This document shows positions 43,986-55,658 of a stretch of DNA of 64,000 nucleotides, piece after piece (the first letter of the stretch is position 1; the number at the start of each line of letters is the position of its first letter). The stretch is from a virus. The notes beneath the pieces are model-generated. The model searched no databases, was not told the DNA's origin, and saw only the letters and a program-made list of their open reading frames with translations. Both the position numbers and the translations under genes were made by a program. The stretch lies in the IMG/VR virus record IMGVR_UViG_3300031578_000017, one strand, 5' to 3'.

Positions 43986-44571
43986 TATTAATGCTTTCTA
44001 AATCAATCCTTTTAGAAGCATATTCAGTTAATTCTTCACTATGTGTAACAATTATCAATTGAATTCCAAACTTTAAACATATTTCGCTTAAAAACCTACT
44101 CATCAATTCTTGACGCTCTCCTTCAATGCCACCAGTAGGTTCATCGAGGATAACTATTTTTCTACTATTCTTGTCTAGTTTAACTAATACAATCCTAAAT
44201 ATTGTACCTATAATTTCTTGCACTGATCTTCCTTGACACATCTTTATATCTGTCCACATATCACATGCATCGGTCTTAATTAAAAAATCACATGAAGAAG
44301 AATTTCCTCTAGTCTTCATATCGAATTTAAAATCATAATCATCGCTAAAAAGATCTTTAAGTCCTGCTGCTATAGTGTGTTGAAATAATTCTATTATTTT
44401 ATCTTGATTAAGGTTGCTTATGAATGTTAATAACTGTATACATCTTTCCAACTCTTCTTTATCTTTTTCGTGCAACCTATATTCTACTTCATTTTCTTTT
44501 ATCCTACCTTTAATTTCATTCTTTCTACCACGCAATTCTGCTACTTTAGTTTTGATTTCTTGCAAGTACAT
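43972..44571 (-). CDS. SbcC/Rad50 C-terminal ATPase half
   Basis: coiled coil, signature position CQGRS, Walker B ILDEP, H-loop IVTH. Confidence 0.85.
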   Translation of the reverse strand: MYLQEIKTKVAELRGRKNEIKGRIKENEVEYRLHEKDKEELERCIQLLTFISNLNQDKIIELFQHTIAAGLKDLFSDDYDFKFDMKTRGNSSSCDFLIKTDACDMWTDIKMCQGRSVQEIIGTIFRIVLVKLDKNSRKIVILDEPTGGIEGERQELMSRFLSEICLKFGIQLIIVTHSEELTEYASKRIDLESINNGKD

Positions 44572-44788
44572 CTTCTGCCTCCTTTAATACTTTTTCTAAT
44601 TCTTTTTCTAATTTTTCTTTTTGCTCCTGTTTATCATTAATTGTTTTTTCTAAATCTTCTATCTTAACCCCCATAACATTTAATTCTACAATAACTTCCT
44701 CTTTTGATTTCTCTGCAGAAATTTTCTGTGCTTTCAAATTATTTATCTTTTCTTGAATCTTACGTATGCGTTTCGCTGGATCTTCCAT
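44546..44788 (-). CDS. short coiled-coil protein within the SbcCD cluster
   Basis: heptad-rich 80 aa. Confidence 0.65.
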   Translation of the reverse strand: MEDPAKRIRKIQEKINNLKAQKISAEKSKEEVIVELNVMGVKIEDLEKTINDKQEQKEKLEKELEKVLKEAEDVLARNQN

Positions 44789-45808
44789 TTATGTCTCCTC
44801 GCCTAATGCTGCCACCTTATCTTTACAACGTTTAATGATTTTCTCTGTTATTATTTTTTTTAAATCAGTTGGAAGCTTGTTTATATCAAAGTTGTCTAAA
44901 ATAGAAAGTATATTTCCTGCCATAATCTCATCGTCTTTCAATGAATCTAATGCATCAATAAATTTTTGTTTTTCTTCTTCTGAAGAATTAATTTTGTTTT
45001 TTGAATCTATATTAAACACATCTTTTTTGTATGGTAAATCTACATATCTAATGTCTATCTTGCCAGAGTCTATGTTTATTAATGCAAATTTTGGAACACG
45101 ATTCATTTCTATTTTTGATGCTTCCAACCTTACCATAGATCCTGGATTAACAAAATAGGTTCCTAATGAATTTTGTTTTATATCAAAACCTGGATGATAA
45201 TGTCCTGTCATTACTATATCTACAGCAGTTTGTATTGAACACCAATTAACAGTCTTACTTTTTCCATTCACAATTACTGCATTGTCATCTGTTATCATAC
45301 TGTGAACTATTGCTATTCTAATCTTTTTTAATTTTATATCTTCACAAGGTATATGTTCTGGACACTCTAATTCGCGTGAAAAATCATAACCTTCTACTAT
45401 AACATCGTCTGTTTCTATTGGATTAGTGGCCAAGAATTTAAACCAAGAATAATATTTGAAAAGTCCCAATTTACCTTCTTTGTAAGACGATTCAATATTA
45501 CCTCCTATACAATCATGATTCCCTATTAAGAAGTATGTTGTTAGATTATATTTTTCAAATAGTTCTGCAACCCTTACTGCAACGAAATCTGGTTGTGAAG
45601 GCGTGTGCCAAAAATCTCCACCACAAATCGGTATACATCCTTCAGACTTAGCAAACCTTAATATAAATTCCATCTTACTTAACGCAGTTTCTAATATATC
45701 ATCTGTTCTATTTAAAGGTGTCCTATGGCGAAAATGACAATCAGTAAAAAACAATAATTTTGTCATTGCTTTACCCCACACAAAGGACAAACACCTAATT
45801 CTTTCCAT
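44789..45808 (-). CDS. SbcD/Mre11 metallophosphoesterase nuclease
   Basis: DCH, GGDFWH, GNHD, VHSM, GHYH, NPGS. Confidence 0.9.
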   Translation of the reverse strand: MERIRCLSFVWGKAMTKLLFFTDCHFRHRTPLNRTDDILETALSKMEFILRFAKSEGCIPICGGDFWHTPSQPDFVAVRVAELFEKYNLTTYFLIGNHDCIGGNIESSYKEGKLGLFKYYSWFKFLATNPIETDDVIVEGYDFSRELECPEHIPCEDIKLKKIRIAIVHSMITDDNAVIVNGKSKTVNWCSIQTAVDIVMTGHYHPGFDIKQNSLGTYFVNPGSMVRLEASKIEMNRVPKFALINIDSGKIDIRYVDLPYKKDVFNIDSKNKINSSEEEKQKFIDALDSLKDDEIMAGNILSILDNFDINKLPTDLKKIITEKIIKRCKDKVAALGEET

Positions 45809-46854
45809 AAATCTTTCAATTCTTTTTTAACCAATGGCATATGTGTATTTACTATTTCCAATTCTATTTCACTATCATTCAATTTGCTTCTTTGTCTTTT
45901 AAGATTTTCACATTTATCTTTTAACTCTGAAATCTTTTCCATATTGTCTACTGCTTTTGATAAATCAATATTTGGTATTTCTGCAACTTTTATTGATTTG
46001 TCGTATTTAAATTTCAAGTCTTTACAAATTTTTAGATTAACCGAACAATCTTCTAATCTTTCTTTTAATTTTATTAACTTATCTGTATCTATGTGTTGAT
46101 CATCAATTTTTTTAATTAATTCAATTGCAAGTTTATATTTATCTTTCAATGTTCTTAAACTATCGATTCCAGATTTTACTTTATCTAATTTTTCTTGTAT
46201 TACTTCTGCTTGTTTTACTAATTCATTTGCTTTTTTCAAATCTGGTAAAGATTCTAATAAACTTTTGTCTTCATCGATCTGATCAGAAAGTTGTTTGCTT
46301 AGTTTTGAATTTTCTAATCGTTCTTTATTAAATTCGGTAATAGATTTCTGTAATAAAGATACTCCAGTTAACACGTCTATGACACTAGCTTTAACTGGAC
46401 CAGTTTCGTGGATTAAAAATGGTTGGTCATCTTGCATGAATATATTAAGTGGAAATTCAAACTTATTAGTTTTGAATTGGTGTACGTTTAGAATTTCTTT
46501 TACTCTTTGTGGTACACCATAACCAAAGTTTTCAAACTCTTCATCATTCACCACATATTTATTTAATCCTGTACCTTTTATTCTTTTAACAACGTCTCCA
46601 TTGAAGTATGTTATCTTTACTAAAGTTTCAAGCATTTCTCCATCTTCTATTCTACGCATCCAATCTCCAACAGGTTCATTATAAAATGCCCAATATAAAG
46701 CTCTAATGATAGAACTCTTGCCAGCATTATTGTGTCCAACAATGACATTAAATTTTTCATCAAATTCTATTGTAATCTTTTTGTGTATTTGAAAATTGAT
46801 TAATTTTAATTTCTTTATCATCACACAAACTCTGGAGTAGTAGCAGACAACCAC
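45763..46854 (-). CDS. SbcC/Rad50 N-terminal ATPase half with zinc hook
   Basis: NFQIH, Walker A GHNNAGKS, Q-loop MQDD, coiled coil, terminal CPLCG. Confidence 0.9.
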   Translation of the reverse strand: MVVCYYSRVCVMIKKLKLINFQIHKKITIEFDEKFNVIVGHNNAGKSSIIRALYWAFYNEPVGDWMRRIEDGEMLETLVKITYFNGDVVKRIKGTGLNKYVVNDEEFENFGYGVPQRVKEILNVHQFKTNKFEFPLNIFMQDDQPFLIHETGPVKASVIDVLTGVSLLQKSITEFNKERLENSKLSKQLSDQIDEDKSLLESLPDLKKANELVKQAEVIQEKLDKVKSGIDSLRTLKDKYKLAIELIKKIDDQHIDTDKLIKLKERLEDCSVNLKICKDLKFKYDKSIKVAEIPNIDLSKAVDNMEKISELKDKCENLKRQRSKLNDSEIELEIVNTHMPLVKKELKDLWKELGVCPLCGVKQ

Positions 46855-47171
46855 ACCCTAAAATCAACCTTCCCGCCACACTTAGGACAAGTGACCTCAT
46901 CACCTTTATTAAATTTCTTGAAATCAATTTCATATTCTTTACTTCTAAATTTACAAACTTCTGGATACCAATGATCTTTAATAACTTGTTTTTGTATTAT
47001 TCCAAATTTACAAGTCAGCATATTATAAGAAACTCCAATAAACTTTTTTTCTTCAATGCAGAAAATAGCAGGCCATCTTTTATTTTTACTATTTCTTTTT
47101 TTAGACAATTTCTTCTGTTTCTTTTTCTCTCTATCTAGAGATTTGAGTTTCTTTTTCCATTCGCGCTTCAT
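46821..47171 (-). CDS. basic Zn-ribbon hypothetical protein
   Basis: Lys-rich N-terminus, CPKCG. Confidence 0.6.
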   Translation of the reverse strand: MKREWKKKLKSLDREKKKQKKLSKKRNSKNKRWPAIFCIEEKKFIGVSYNMLTCKFGIIQKQVIKDHWYPEVCKFRSKEYEIDFKKFNKGDEVTCPKCGGKVDFRVWLSATTPEFV

Positions 47172-47665
47172 TTTTTATCACTACTCCCAAATCCTTTTTC
47201 ACCACGTTCTGTCTTTGTTAATTCATCTAAAGTTTTAACATATTCAACCAAAGGTTCATCATGATTCAATATTAACATCTGCGCTATTTTATCACCTTCT
47301 TTAAATTCAGGTTCCTGCAAGTCTTCAATTGTAGACATCTCACGTGTTAAGTCACAAAAGAACATTGCACTTCTTTGAAGCAATACACAAATTTGACCAC
47401 GATAAGGAGAATCTATAACTCTACCTAATATAGAAATTCCTCTACTACCTAATCCAGATCGTTCTAAAACAATGCCACATTTTCCAAGAGGAATTTCTAC
47501 ATACAAACTCGTAGGTATCTTATACACTACATGTTGTCTAATCCTAATTGGACCTTTCACTGCTATCTTCAAATCCAAACCAGCATCACCTGTATTGGCT
47601 ACAGATGGCATACATATTCTTTTATCAACAAAACCTTTAATCATTACCTTAAACCCCTTAACCAT
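47168..47665 (-). CDS. dut: trimeric dUTPase
   Basis: AGLDL, RSGLG, VIDSPYRG, GDKIAQ, ERGEKGFGSS. Confidence 0.9.
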   Translation of the reverse strand: MVKGFKVMIKGFVDKRICMPSVANTGDAGLDLKIAVKGPIRIRQHVVYKIPTSLYVEIPLGKCGIVLERSGLGSRGISILGRVIDSPYRGQICVLLQRSAMFFCDLTREMSTIEDLQEPEFKEGDKIAQMLILNHDEPLVEYVKTLDELTKTERGEKGFGSSDKK

Positions 47666-47723
47666 GCCTAACTAACTGTAGGCGAGCCATTTTGTGTTTG
47701 CACAATTTGTTCTACGAACACGT

Positions 47724-47769
47724 TTTTAGGGTGGGTGGTATGTTGGCACCACCACAAAACACCCTAAAA
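47724..47769 (-). terminator. hairpin/terminator after recA
   Basis: TTTTAGGGTG/CACCCTAAAA outer stem, GGTGGT/ACCACC inner stem. Confidence 0.5.
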
Positions 47770-47781
47770 CTACAGAACACG

Positions 47782-49959
47782 CTAATCGACATCATCACCT
47801 ATTTCTTTTGCTTCAGTTGTATCGTCACTGTCTTCTTCAGAAGCTGGTAAATCACCACCCTCTTTTATTTTATCTATTATGAAATCATATATACTTTTTT
47901 CACCATTTTCTTTTGAAGATTTTTCAAATTCTTCTATGAAACTGATAGCAGAATTTTTTCCTACTCCTAGTTGCATTTTATCTTCCTTAAGACCTGTAAT
48001 TGAGTATGTCTTACCTTCCTTAACTATTACTCCCATCAACAATCCTGTACTTAATAAATTTCTTGCAAGATCGAATCCTTTACTAAAAATTAAATCTGCT
48101 TCACAAATTCTAAATGGTGGAGCAACTTTATTTTTCTTAATCGTAAGTTTAGTTGTACATCCTATTGATTTACCTTTAGTTCCTATCTCACCAGTTCTAC
48201 GTACATCTACACGAACCGATGCATAGAATTTCAAAGCTCTTCCACCAGAAGTTGTTTCAGGTGAATTGTGAACTATGACACCATTTGGTCCACCGACAAT
48301 ATAGTTGTGATTATCTTCAATTTCTAAATCATATTTATATCGTTTTCTACCTTTGGTATGTCTATAATTTATTTCTTTTTTAAGAATTTCTACTGGAATG
48401 TTTTCATTCACAATGTCTATTTCACACTTATTTTCTAATTTAGGAATATTGCAAAATTTTGAATGTAATTTATAATGCATACATTCAGGCACATATTTGG
48501 ATATTGCTTTATGAAAAGAAAATGTTTGTTCACCACCATTAAAATACAATCCTTTTCCAATTTTTACCTGTGGTTTTTTAATTCCTAAAGATTCTATCCA
48601 ATTTGCTGCACAATTTAATTGTTCTTCATTCATCAATTTAGAACAAATTGATGTTCTACCAGCACCCCACAATTCTTTAGTTAGTACATAAGTTCCATCG
48701 TCTAAATACCAAATAGTCAAAGCTAATAAACCACATTCTTTAAATCCAAACCAATCGTTTTTAAATTTATAATTCCCATTACAAATTTCTTTTCTATATT
48801 TTTCTAATCTGATATCTGCATTAGTATCATATCTAAAATTTGTTGTATTGTTTTCTTGCTTTACTTCTCCACCTAAAATTGGTTTAAATAAATTTGCTTT
48901 CCATCTAATATATCCTTCTTGTTCTTTACAATGACCCAACCTAAATCCAGATTTATGATAACTAATTTTTCTTAAAGAACCGTCTCCCAACATAGAACCT
49001 ATAAGTAAATCTTTAAAATATTTACAATCTTTATGTGAATCATAACTTAACAAAAAATCTCCAACTCTAAAATCACCAGCATTTTTTTCTATATATTTTC
49101 CATTGTCACATAAAATCATTTTATGATTAGATGTTACTCTAAATTTAGAATATCCACATTTATTTGGAGCAGTTGTTTTGAATTCTAAAAAATTATCTTC
49201 TACACCATTATTAAACCATCCAATTATGTTTTTAGATTCTATAGTATTTGATTCTTTATTTAAAGATAATACCTTAACGTCTTTTTTCTGATTTACTATT
49301 TTACCGATTTTTTCAGTAGTACCATCTGCTAAACAAATTCGCGAATCATAATCAAAACATCCCCATCGAACTCCAATCTTTTCACGTATTTGATTGATGA
49401 ATATGGCGGTACATTCTGTGCGTGAAATTATTGAAGTCAGTTTTCGCATTGCCTGTGACATTAATCTTGCTTGTAACCCCATATGTGACTCGCCATACTC
49501 ACCTTCTAATTCTGCCCTTGGTACTAATGAAGATACTGAATCTACCACAACTATATCAATTACACCACTTTCAATAAAATGCTGTGTCAATGTTAAACAT
49601 TCTTCGGCATGAGATGGTTGACTTAAAAGTAACTTATCTAAATCCACACCTAATCGTTTACACCAAGCTGGATCTAAAGAATGTTCCATATCACCATACC
49701 ATGCCCAAGCTCCCTGTTTTTGTGCTTGTGCAATCGTAGTCAAAGCAGCAGTTGTCTTACCTGAAGATTCAGGTCCATAAATTTCTATGATACGTCCTTT
49801 AGGAAAACCTCCTACACCTATAGCTAAATCAAGTTGAGGTATTCCTGTTTTCCAAGCTGGTACTATCTTAATAGCCTTTTCTGTCAATTTCATTACTATC
49901 GAATTCTCACTGAACTTTTCGCGAGTCTTCGCAATTAAGTCGTCTAACGAAATTCCCAC
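47782..49959 (-). CDS. recA: RecA recombinase (intein-containing)
   Basis: [55 protein letters not shown]. Confidence 0.95.
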   Translation of the reverse strand: MGISLDDLIAKTREKFSENSIVMKLTEKAIKIVPAWKTGIPQLDLAIGVGGFPKGRIIEIYGPESSGKTTAALTTIAQAQKQGAWAWYGDMEHSLDPAWCKRLGVDLDKLLLSQPSHAEECLTLTQHFIESGVIDIVVVDSVSSLVPRAELEGEYGESHMGLQARLMSQAMRKLTSIISRTECTAIFINQIREKIGVRWGCFDYDSRICLADGTTEKIGKIVNQKKDVKVLSLNKESNTIESKNIIGWFNNGVEDNFLEFKTTAPNKCGYSKFRVTSNHKMILCDNGKYIEKNAGDFRVGDFLLSYDSHKDCKYFKDLLIGSMLGDGSLRKISYHKSGFRLGHCKEQEGYIRWKANLFKPILGGEVKQENNTTNFRYDTNADIRLEKYRKEICNGNYKFKNDWFGFKECGLLALTIWYLDDGTYVLTKELWGAGRTSICSKLMNEEQLNCAANWIESLGIKKPQVKIGKGLYFNGGEQTFSFHKAISKYVPECMHYKLHSKFCNIPKLENKCEIDIVNENIPVEILKKEINYRHTKGRKRYKYDLEIEDNHNYIVGGPNGVIVHNSPETTSGGRALKFYASVRVDVRRTGEIGTKGKSIGCTTKLTIKKNKVAPPFRICEADLIFSKGFDLARNLLSTGLLMGVIVKEGKTYSITGLKEDKMQLGVGKNSAISFIEEFEKSSKENGEKSIYDFIIDKIKEGGDLPASEEDSDDTTEAKEIGDDVD
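48265..49359 (-). mobile_element. 365-aa intein with LAGLIDADG homing endonuclease in RecA
   Basis: begins CFDYDSRI after GVRWG, ends VIVHN before S; [11 protein letters not shown] and IWYLDDG motifs. Confidence 0.95.
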
Positions 49960-49982
49960 AGTGAACTCCTTTTTATCTACAA

Positions 49983-50014
49983 AAATGTGCTGTAATCCGA
50001 AGACTACAGCACAT
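49983..50014 (-). terminator. intrinsic terminator with C(UUCG)G loop
   Basis: AATGTGCTGTAGTC-TTCG-GATTACAGCACATT-TTTG. Confidence 0.8.
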
Positions 50015-50028
50015 TCCTGCCCACCACA

Positions 50029-50481
50029 TTACTTCTCTTCTGTCTTAGGTCTCGGACGCTTGATTCCATCAATGACCTGATAGCGTGGAGCTGATTTATC
50101 TTGATTCTTTTTCTTGTCACGAATCAGAATACGAAACTTATCACCGTAAAATGCTGTGAGATCGTAATTCTGACCAATCTTGGGTTCTTCATTAATCATG
50201 ACTTTCAACCATTCCCACAGTTTCTTTCCAGGAGAAAGGTTTGCATCAATGATTGTTTGCATCTGAACGCCTTTGGCAGATTCAGAACTATTCTCAAGTT
50301 GACCATCGATCAACTTAAAGAAAAACTTGATGTAAGGTCCGTAGTTACCAGATCCAGGTTCTGCCTTTTCCAAGGTAGCTTTGTACCATTCATCTGGTTC
50401 AACGTACTTACGAGGTTCTGCGTCTGTAGCTAACAGGCTGCTCACAGAAACCTTTTTCACCTTCGTCTCTTTTTCTGGCAT
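50029..50481 (-). CDS. OB-fold ssDNA-binding protein candidate (DUF669-like)
   Basis: PDEWYKATLEKAE...YIKFFFKL pattern; sits upstream of recA. Confidence 0.55.
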   Translation of the reverse strand: MPEKETKVKKVSVSSLLATDAEPRKYVEPDEWYKATLEKAEPGSGNYGPYIKFFFKLIDGQLENSSESAKGVQMQTIIDANLSPGKKLWEWLKVMINEEPKIGQNYDLTAFYGDKFRILIRDKKKNQDKSAPRYQVIDGIKRPRPKTEEK

Positions 50482-50532
50482 GTTTATTTCTCCTTTGCCT
50501 TGTTTTAAAACTAAAATCGCAATCCTAAAACG

Positions 50533-51174
50533 CTAACTACCTATTCTTAAATTTGTTATATCTAAACTTTTAGTTTCTTTTGTTTCTATTTCCAAAGTTG
50601 GCACATCTGTTATTGGCATCTTTGTATTTCCACCTTGAATTATATTTCTTAATGTTTGTAACATCTTTCCTTTGGTTACCAAAGAAGCATGACATGCATT
50701 ACATAACAATCTATATCTATATTCTGCATCTCTTAATTTTTTCTTCTTTCTTTCCATTATTTCTTTATACTTAAAAGATATTCTAGCTTCCACTTCTTTC
50801 TGTATAGGTTTGGGTACGCCATTCATTTGTAATTCATTAAAGCATCTTGAATATTTTGATTCATACCACCAATTGAATTTATCTTGTTCTAGCATTAATT
50901 CATATCTTGATTTTTCAGCAATCGCCGACCAATATGATTCTAATGTTGCTTGTTCGTCTACATGTACAGCAAGTTCAGGGAGGGGCATTTCTCCTCCCTG
51001 AACTTTCAGTATGTCTAAACTGAAACCTAAGTGATCGAGATCAGAAATAATTTGTTTGTTTTCATAAACAAATTTTATACCTGTCCTAGTTTTTTCCATT
51101 TCTATCCCAACTGACTTCAGTTGAGATTTTGCTATTATTTCTTTTTTTACTGGATCTCTTTCAGAAATTGCCAT
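50533..51174 (-). CDS. helical recombination-mediator-like (UvsY-like) protein candidate
   Basis: coiled coil with KPIQKEVEARI; context next to SSB and RecA. Confidence 0.4.
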   Translation of the reverse strand: MAISERDPVKKEIIAKSQLKSVGIEMEKTRTGIKFVYENKQIISDLDHLGFSLDILKVQGGEMPLPELAVHVDEQATLESYWSAIAEKSRYELMLEQDKFNWWYESKYSRCFNELQMNGVPKPIQKEVEARISFKYKEIMERKKKKLRDAEYRYRLLCNACHASLVTKGKMLQTLRNIIQGGNTKMPITDVPTLEIETKETKSLDITNLRIGS

Positions 51175-51183
51175 TTGGTTTCC

Positions 51184-51936
<753 letters not shown>

Positions 51937-52012
51937 CTCGATTCTCCTTGTTCGTTGACCGTTTACCTGCACTTTACTACAACTGTTTTCTGACAAAAAC
52001 TAACAACTCCTT

Positions 52013-55000
52013 TTAAAGTCCTAACTTTATTACCTTTGATTTTATTGGACCTCTATCTACATATAAAAGGTTATTTCCACGATTTTTCTTAGCGAGAACT
52101 ATGTAACAACAATTCTTAGTGATTTCGTTTTGCAGTTTTTCCCATGCACTTGCAAAAACTGTCATACTACAATCGAACTCTCCATCCGATAAATCGACAA
52201 ATGCCATTTCTCCACCTTTCTTATCTGTCCACTTTTTTATATTCTTAACATATGCTGCGACAACAAGCATAACATCATTTTCGTAATCATCTATTGCGCT
52301 TAAATATTCTGCATCATAATGTGAAATAATATCTACATATCTTTTCAAAGGATTATCCATTACAGCAAAACCATAAATTTGATTTTGAATAAAAATCTTG
52401 TTGAATAAAGATTTCTTAGACTTTTCGCTTTCGAAATCAAAAGTAACATCTCCACTTCCACAATTACTACAAGCAGCAGTTTCTAAATCTTCAGCCTTTA
52501 TTACGCAAGGGAATCTAAACTTACAGTCTGGGCAATAGTATTGTCTAAACACTTTCTTCTCATTTCTACTATCTATAAAATCACTATATATTTCTTCAAT
52601 AGTCTTTTCTTCAATATTGTTGAATGTTCCTGCTAATATTAGATTAACCAAAACTCTAACATTGCAAACCCTTAAATCTATTCTACCCATAAAATCTTCG
52701 AAAGATTTAAACTTACCATTACCTCTTTCTTTTAAGATTTCTGTTATTACTTTTTCTCCCACATTTGATACAATAGAAAATGGTTGTATCACCTTTTGTT
52801 TTCCTAAAACAAAGTTTACATCTGAAAGATTTATATTAGGTCTACTAATCTTTATCTTTAATTTTTTACATTCTTCTAGATATTTAGGCATCATATCTTT
52901 ATCACCAGAATTATAAGACATTAATGATGCCATGTATTCACGTGGATAATATGTCTTTAACCATCCGGTCGTATAAGTTATCAATCCATAAGCTGTTGCA
53001 TGGCTGATGTTGAAACCGTAACCTGCCCACTTTATACACCACGCCCAAAGTTCTCTAGCAGTAGATTCATCAACCTTATTCTTTACGCATCCTTCTATAA
53101 ACCTATTTTCCCACTTTTTAAATTTTTCTAAATCTTTTAACTTTGTTGCCTTTCTAAAATTATCTGATTCTGATCTTGTCATTCCTGCTGCGACAACACC
53201 AATTTCCATTAACTGTTCTTGGAATACTAGACATCCTAACGTATCTCTTAACACTGGCTCTATAATTGGATGCATGTAATCAAAATTTCTACCATTACGC
53301 CTATTAACGTATTCGTCTGCCATTCCTGCCTTCAAGATAGCAGTTCTATATAAACTAATCAACATAACAATATCATAGAAACATTTTGGCTGTAATTTCT
53401 TGACAAGCTCTGCCATTCCTTCTGAAGTTTCTAATTGGAACATTCCTATAATCTTGCCTTCACAAATAGTCTTAAACACTTCTTCATTTTCTAAATCGTT
53501 TAAACATGTATTCCATATATTATCTATTTTCTTTTCACCAACATTTATCATATCTACAGTTGTCTCAATGACATCTAATGTTTGTAATCCTAAAAAATCT
53601 ATCTTTAATATATTTAAATCTTCAAGACCATACATATCCCATTCTGAAACTTTAACAGGCTTTCTTTCATCTGATGCAGTTTCGATTGTAAATGCTGTCG
53701 GAACCCAGTCTTCTAGTTTTGTTGGTGTCAATATCATTCCAGATGCATGTACACCCTTTGCTCTATTAACACTTTCTAACTTTAATGCAGGTTCATAAAT
53801 TTCTTTATTCTCACCTAACCAAATCAATGTTTCTGGACTCATAGGATATTCATCATCGTTAAATTTTCTTGTTTTATCATTAATCTTTTTAGTTACCGCA
53901 TTCATCTCTTGGAAATCGTGTCCTAATACTTTACCTATGTCTTTAATAAGGTTACGTGGTTTCCAATCTTGATATGTTATGATCGCTGCAAATTTTTCTT
54001 CACCATATAATTCCTTAACTGCATTCTTCACTTTTTCTCTGCCGTCTCTACCAAAGTCCATATCGATATCTGGCAATGAAAGTCTATCTTCTGTTAAAAA
54101 TCTTTCAAATATAATGTTAAATCTTATTGGATCTATTTGTGTTATATCCATTAAGAATGCAACTAAACTTCCACAAACTGAACCACGTCCCGGACCTACT
54201 GGTATTTTCATTTCTCTTGCTCTTCTAATAATATCAGCACAGACTAACATATAAGATTCCATTTTTAACTTACCAATAACTCCTCTCTCCATTTTCAATC
54301 TATCTTGATATACATTAGAACATTGTTGTACTGGAGTTAATTTCTTCTGCCAACCAAAATCTATTAACTTATCAAATTCTTCGTGAGGCTTTGCACAAAA
54401 TTCTGGTAAACAAACCCTATCAGTAGGTGTTAAATCTACTTTTTCAATTTTATTAGAAATCTCCACTGAATGTTTCAAACCTAACAACACATCTTCTTCA
54501 CTTAAATAATCATCGTGAAACGCTTGCCATGAGTTATAATTTTGTTCTCCACTCTTTAAATATACTTCATGTGTAGGATAAGTACCATTGTTTTCTTCAG
54601 ATAATGTTTTCTTTCTACTGTAACACTTTACTATATCATGTTCGTGAAAATCTTTTCTATAAATATAGTGGCTATCACAAGTTATAAGCAATTTCCCATT
54701 AAACTTTTTGCAGAGTTTCACAATATACTTATTCAGCTTTCTTTGTATTTCTAAATCGTTTAATGATATTTCAAAATAGAAATCTTCGCCAAATAAATCG
54801 GTAAAGAATTTTATTCTTTCTAAAAGTATTCTCTTCTTAACATCTTTATCTGTATGGAATTTATCCATTTCTTCAAGGTGATTCCAGCCTATCAATCCTC
54901 CTACACATGCAGTAGAACATATTAGCCCTTCTCTATGATCTTTCAACATTTTCATATCTATTCTTGGTTTTTTAAAATAGCCTTTCTCCCACGATAATGC

Positions 55001-55345
55001 TTGCAATGTCTTTAGGTTGAACCAACCTTGATTATTCTTGGCAAGCAAAACTGTGTGAGCATAATTGTATGGAATTGATGATGCTTGGTTTTCTATGTCA
55101 TCTACGTAATACGCTTCTAAACCTGCGACTGGTCTTATGTCTTTACCTTTACATTCTTTAAATAATTCATACACACCACCTAATGTTCCGTGATCACATA
55201 TAGTTACTGTTTTTCTTTTTAATTCTATGGATCTCTTTACAAGATCAGATATTTTTATAATACAATCTCCAACGCTAAAATGGGTATGACAGTGGTGTTC
55301 ATTATACTCAAGATTTTTCACGCAATGCCTTTCCTTTATTGACAA
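52013..55345 (-). CDS. dnaE: DNA polymerase III alpha subunit (family C)
   Basis: PHP HCHTHFS/DHG/DSHY, GPGRGS, PDIDMDF, HASG, LKIDFLG, YGFNISHA, OB fold. Confidence 0.95.
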   Translation of the reverse strand: MSIKERHCVKNLEYNEHHCHTHFSVGDCIIKISDLVKRSIELKRKTVTICDHGTLGGVYELFKECKGKDIRPVAGLEAYYVDDIENQASSIPYNYAHTVLLAKNNQGWFNLKTLQALSWEKGYFKKPRIDMKMLKDHREGLICSTACVGGLIGWNHLEEMDKFHTDKDVKKRILLERIKFFTDLFGEDFYFEISLNDLEIQRKLNKYIVKLCKKFNGKLLITCDSHYIYRKDFHEHDIVKCYSRKKTLSEENNGTYPTHEVYLKSGEQNYNSWQAFHDDYLSEEDVLLGLKHSVEISNKIEKVDLTPTDRVCLPEFCAKPHEEFDKLIDFGWQKKLTPVQQCSNVYQDRLKMERGVIGKLKMESYMLVCADIIRRAREMKIPVGPGRGSVCGSLVAFLMDITQIDPIRFNIIFERFLTEDRLSLPDIDMDFGRDGREKVKNAVKELYGEEKFAAIITYQDWKPRNLIKDIGKVLGHDFQEMNAVTKKINDKTRKFNDDEYPMSPETLIWLGENKEIYEPALKLESVNRAKGVHASGMILTPTKLEDWVPTAFTIETASDERKPVKVSEWDMYGLEDLNILKIDFLGLQTLDVIETTVDMINVGEKKIDNIWNTCLNDLENEEVFKTICEGKIIGMFQLETSEGMAELVKKLQPKCFYDIVMLISLYRTAILKAGMADEYVNRRNGRNFDYMHPIIEPVLRDTLGCLVFQEQLMEIGVVAAGMTRSESDNFRKATKLKDLEKFKKWENRFIEGCVKNKVDESTARELWAWCIKWAGYGFNISHATAYGLITYTTGWLKTYYPREYMASLMSYNSGDKDMMPKYLEECKKLKIKISRPNINLSDVNFVLGKQKVIQPFSIVSNVGEKVITEILKERGNGKFKSFEDFMGRIDLRVCNVRVLVNLILAGTFNNIEEKTIEEIYSDFIDSRNEKKVFRQYYCPDCKFRFPCVIKAEDLETAACSNCGSGDVTFDFESEKSKKSLFNKIFIQNQIYGFAVMDNPLKRYVDIISHYDAEYLSAIDDYENDVMLVVAAYVKNIKKWTDKKGGEMAFVDLSDGEFDCSMTVFASAWEKLQNEITKNCCYIVLAKKNRGNNLLYVDRGPIKSKVIKLGL

Positions 55346-55658
55346 CTAAAGATCTATTAACCAAACTCCTCAAAGAAGAAGATGCTTTAAATTTCACAGA
55401 ATAAGAAATTGGTATTTCTACCATTATTCCTTTGAAATTTTTAAACTTAGCACGTTTCCTCTTACATATATAAAACCTGCCGAACTTTCTTATATTTACT
55501 ACCCCATTTGTCTCTAGATTCTTTTTAATACCATTCATTATATAATCTATGATTGTCTTTACTTCTTGTACTGGTAATTTCATAATCCTAGATAATTCAG
55601 ATACCAATTCTGGATCAGTCTTAGATCCTAACCCTTTTTCTATCTTATAATTTTTCAC
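55308..55658 (-). CDS. HU/IHF-like DNA-binding protein
   Basis: VNIRKFGRF...KFKASSSLR. Confidence 0.85.
   Translation of the reverse strand: MKNYKIEKGLGSKTDPELVSELSRIMKLPVQEVKTIIDYIMNGIKKNLETNGVVNIRKFGRFYICKRKRAKFKNFKGIMVEIPISYSVKFKASSSLRSLVNRSLVVNKGKALREKS

Noticed and set aside
21558-47747. 13-nt match CCAACATACCACC at two intergenic sites
   Set aside because: Several 13-mer matches are expected by chance in 64 kb, and only one copy lies in a hairpin
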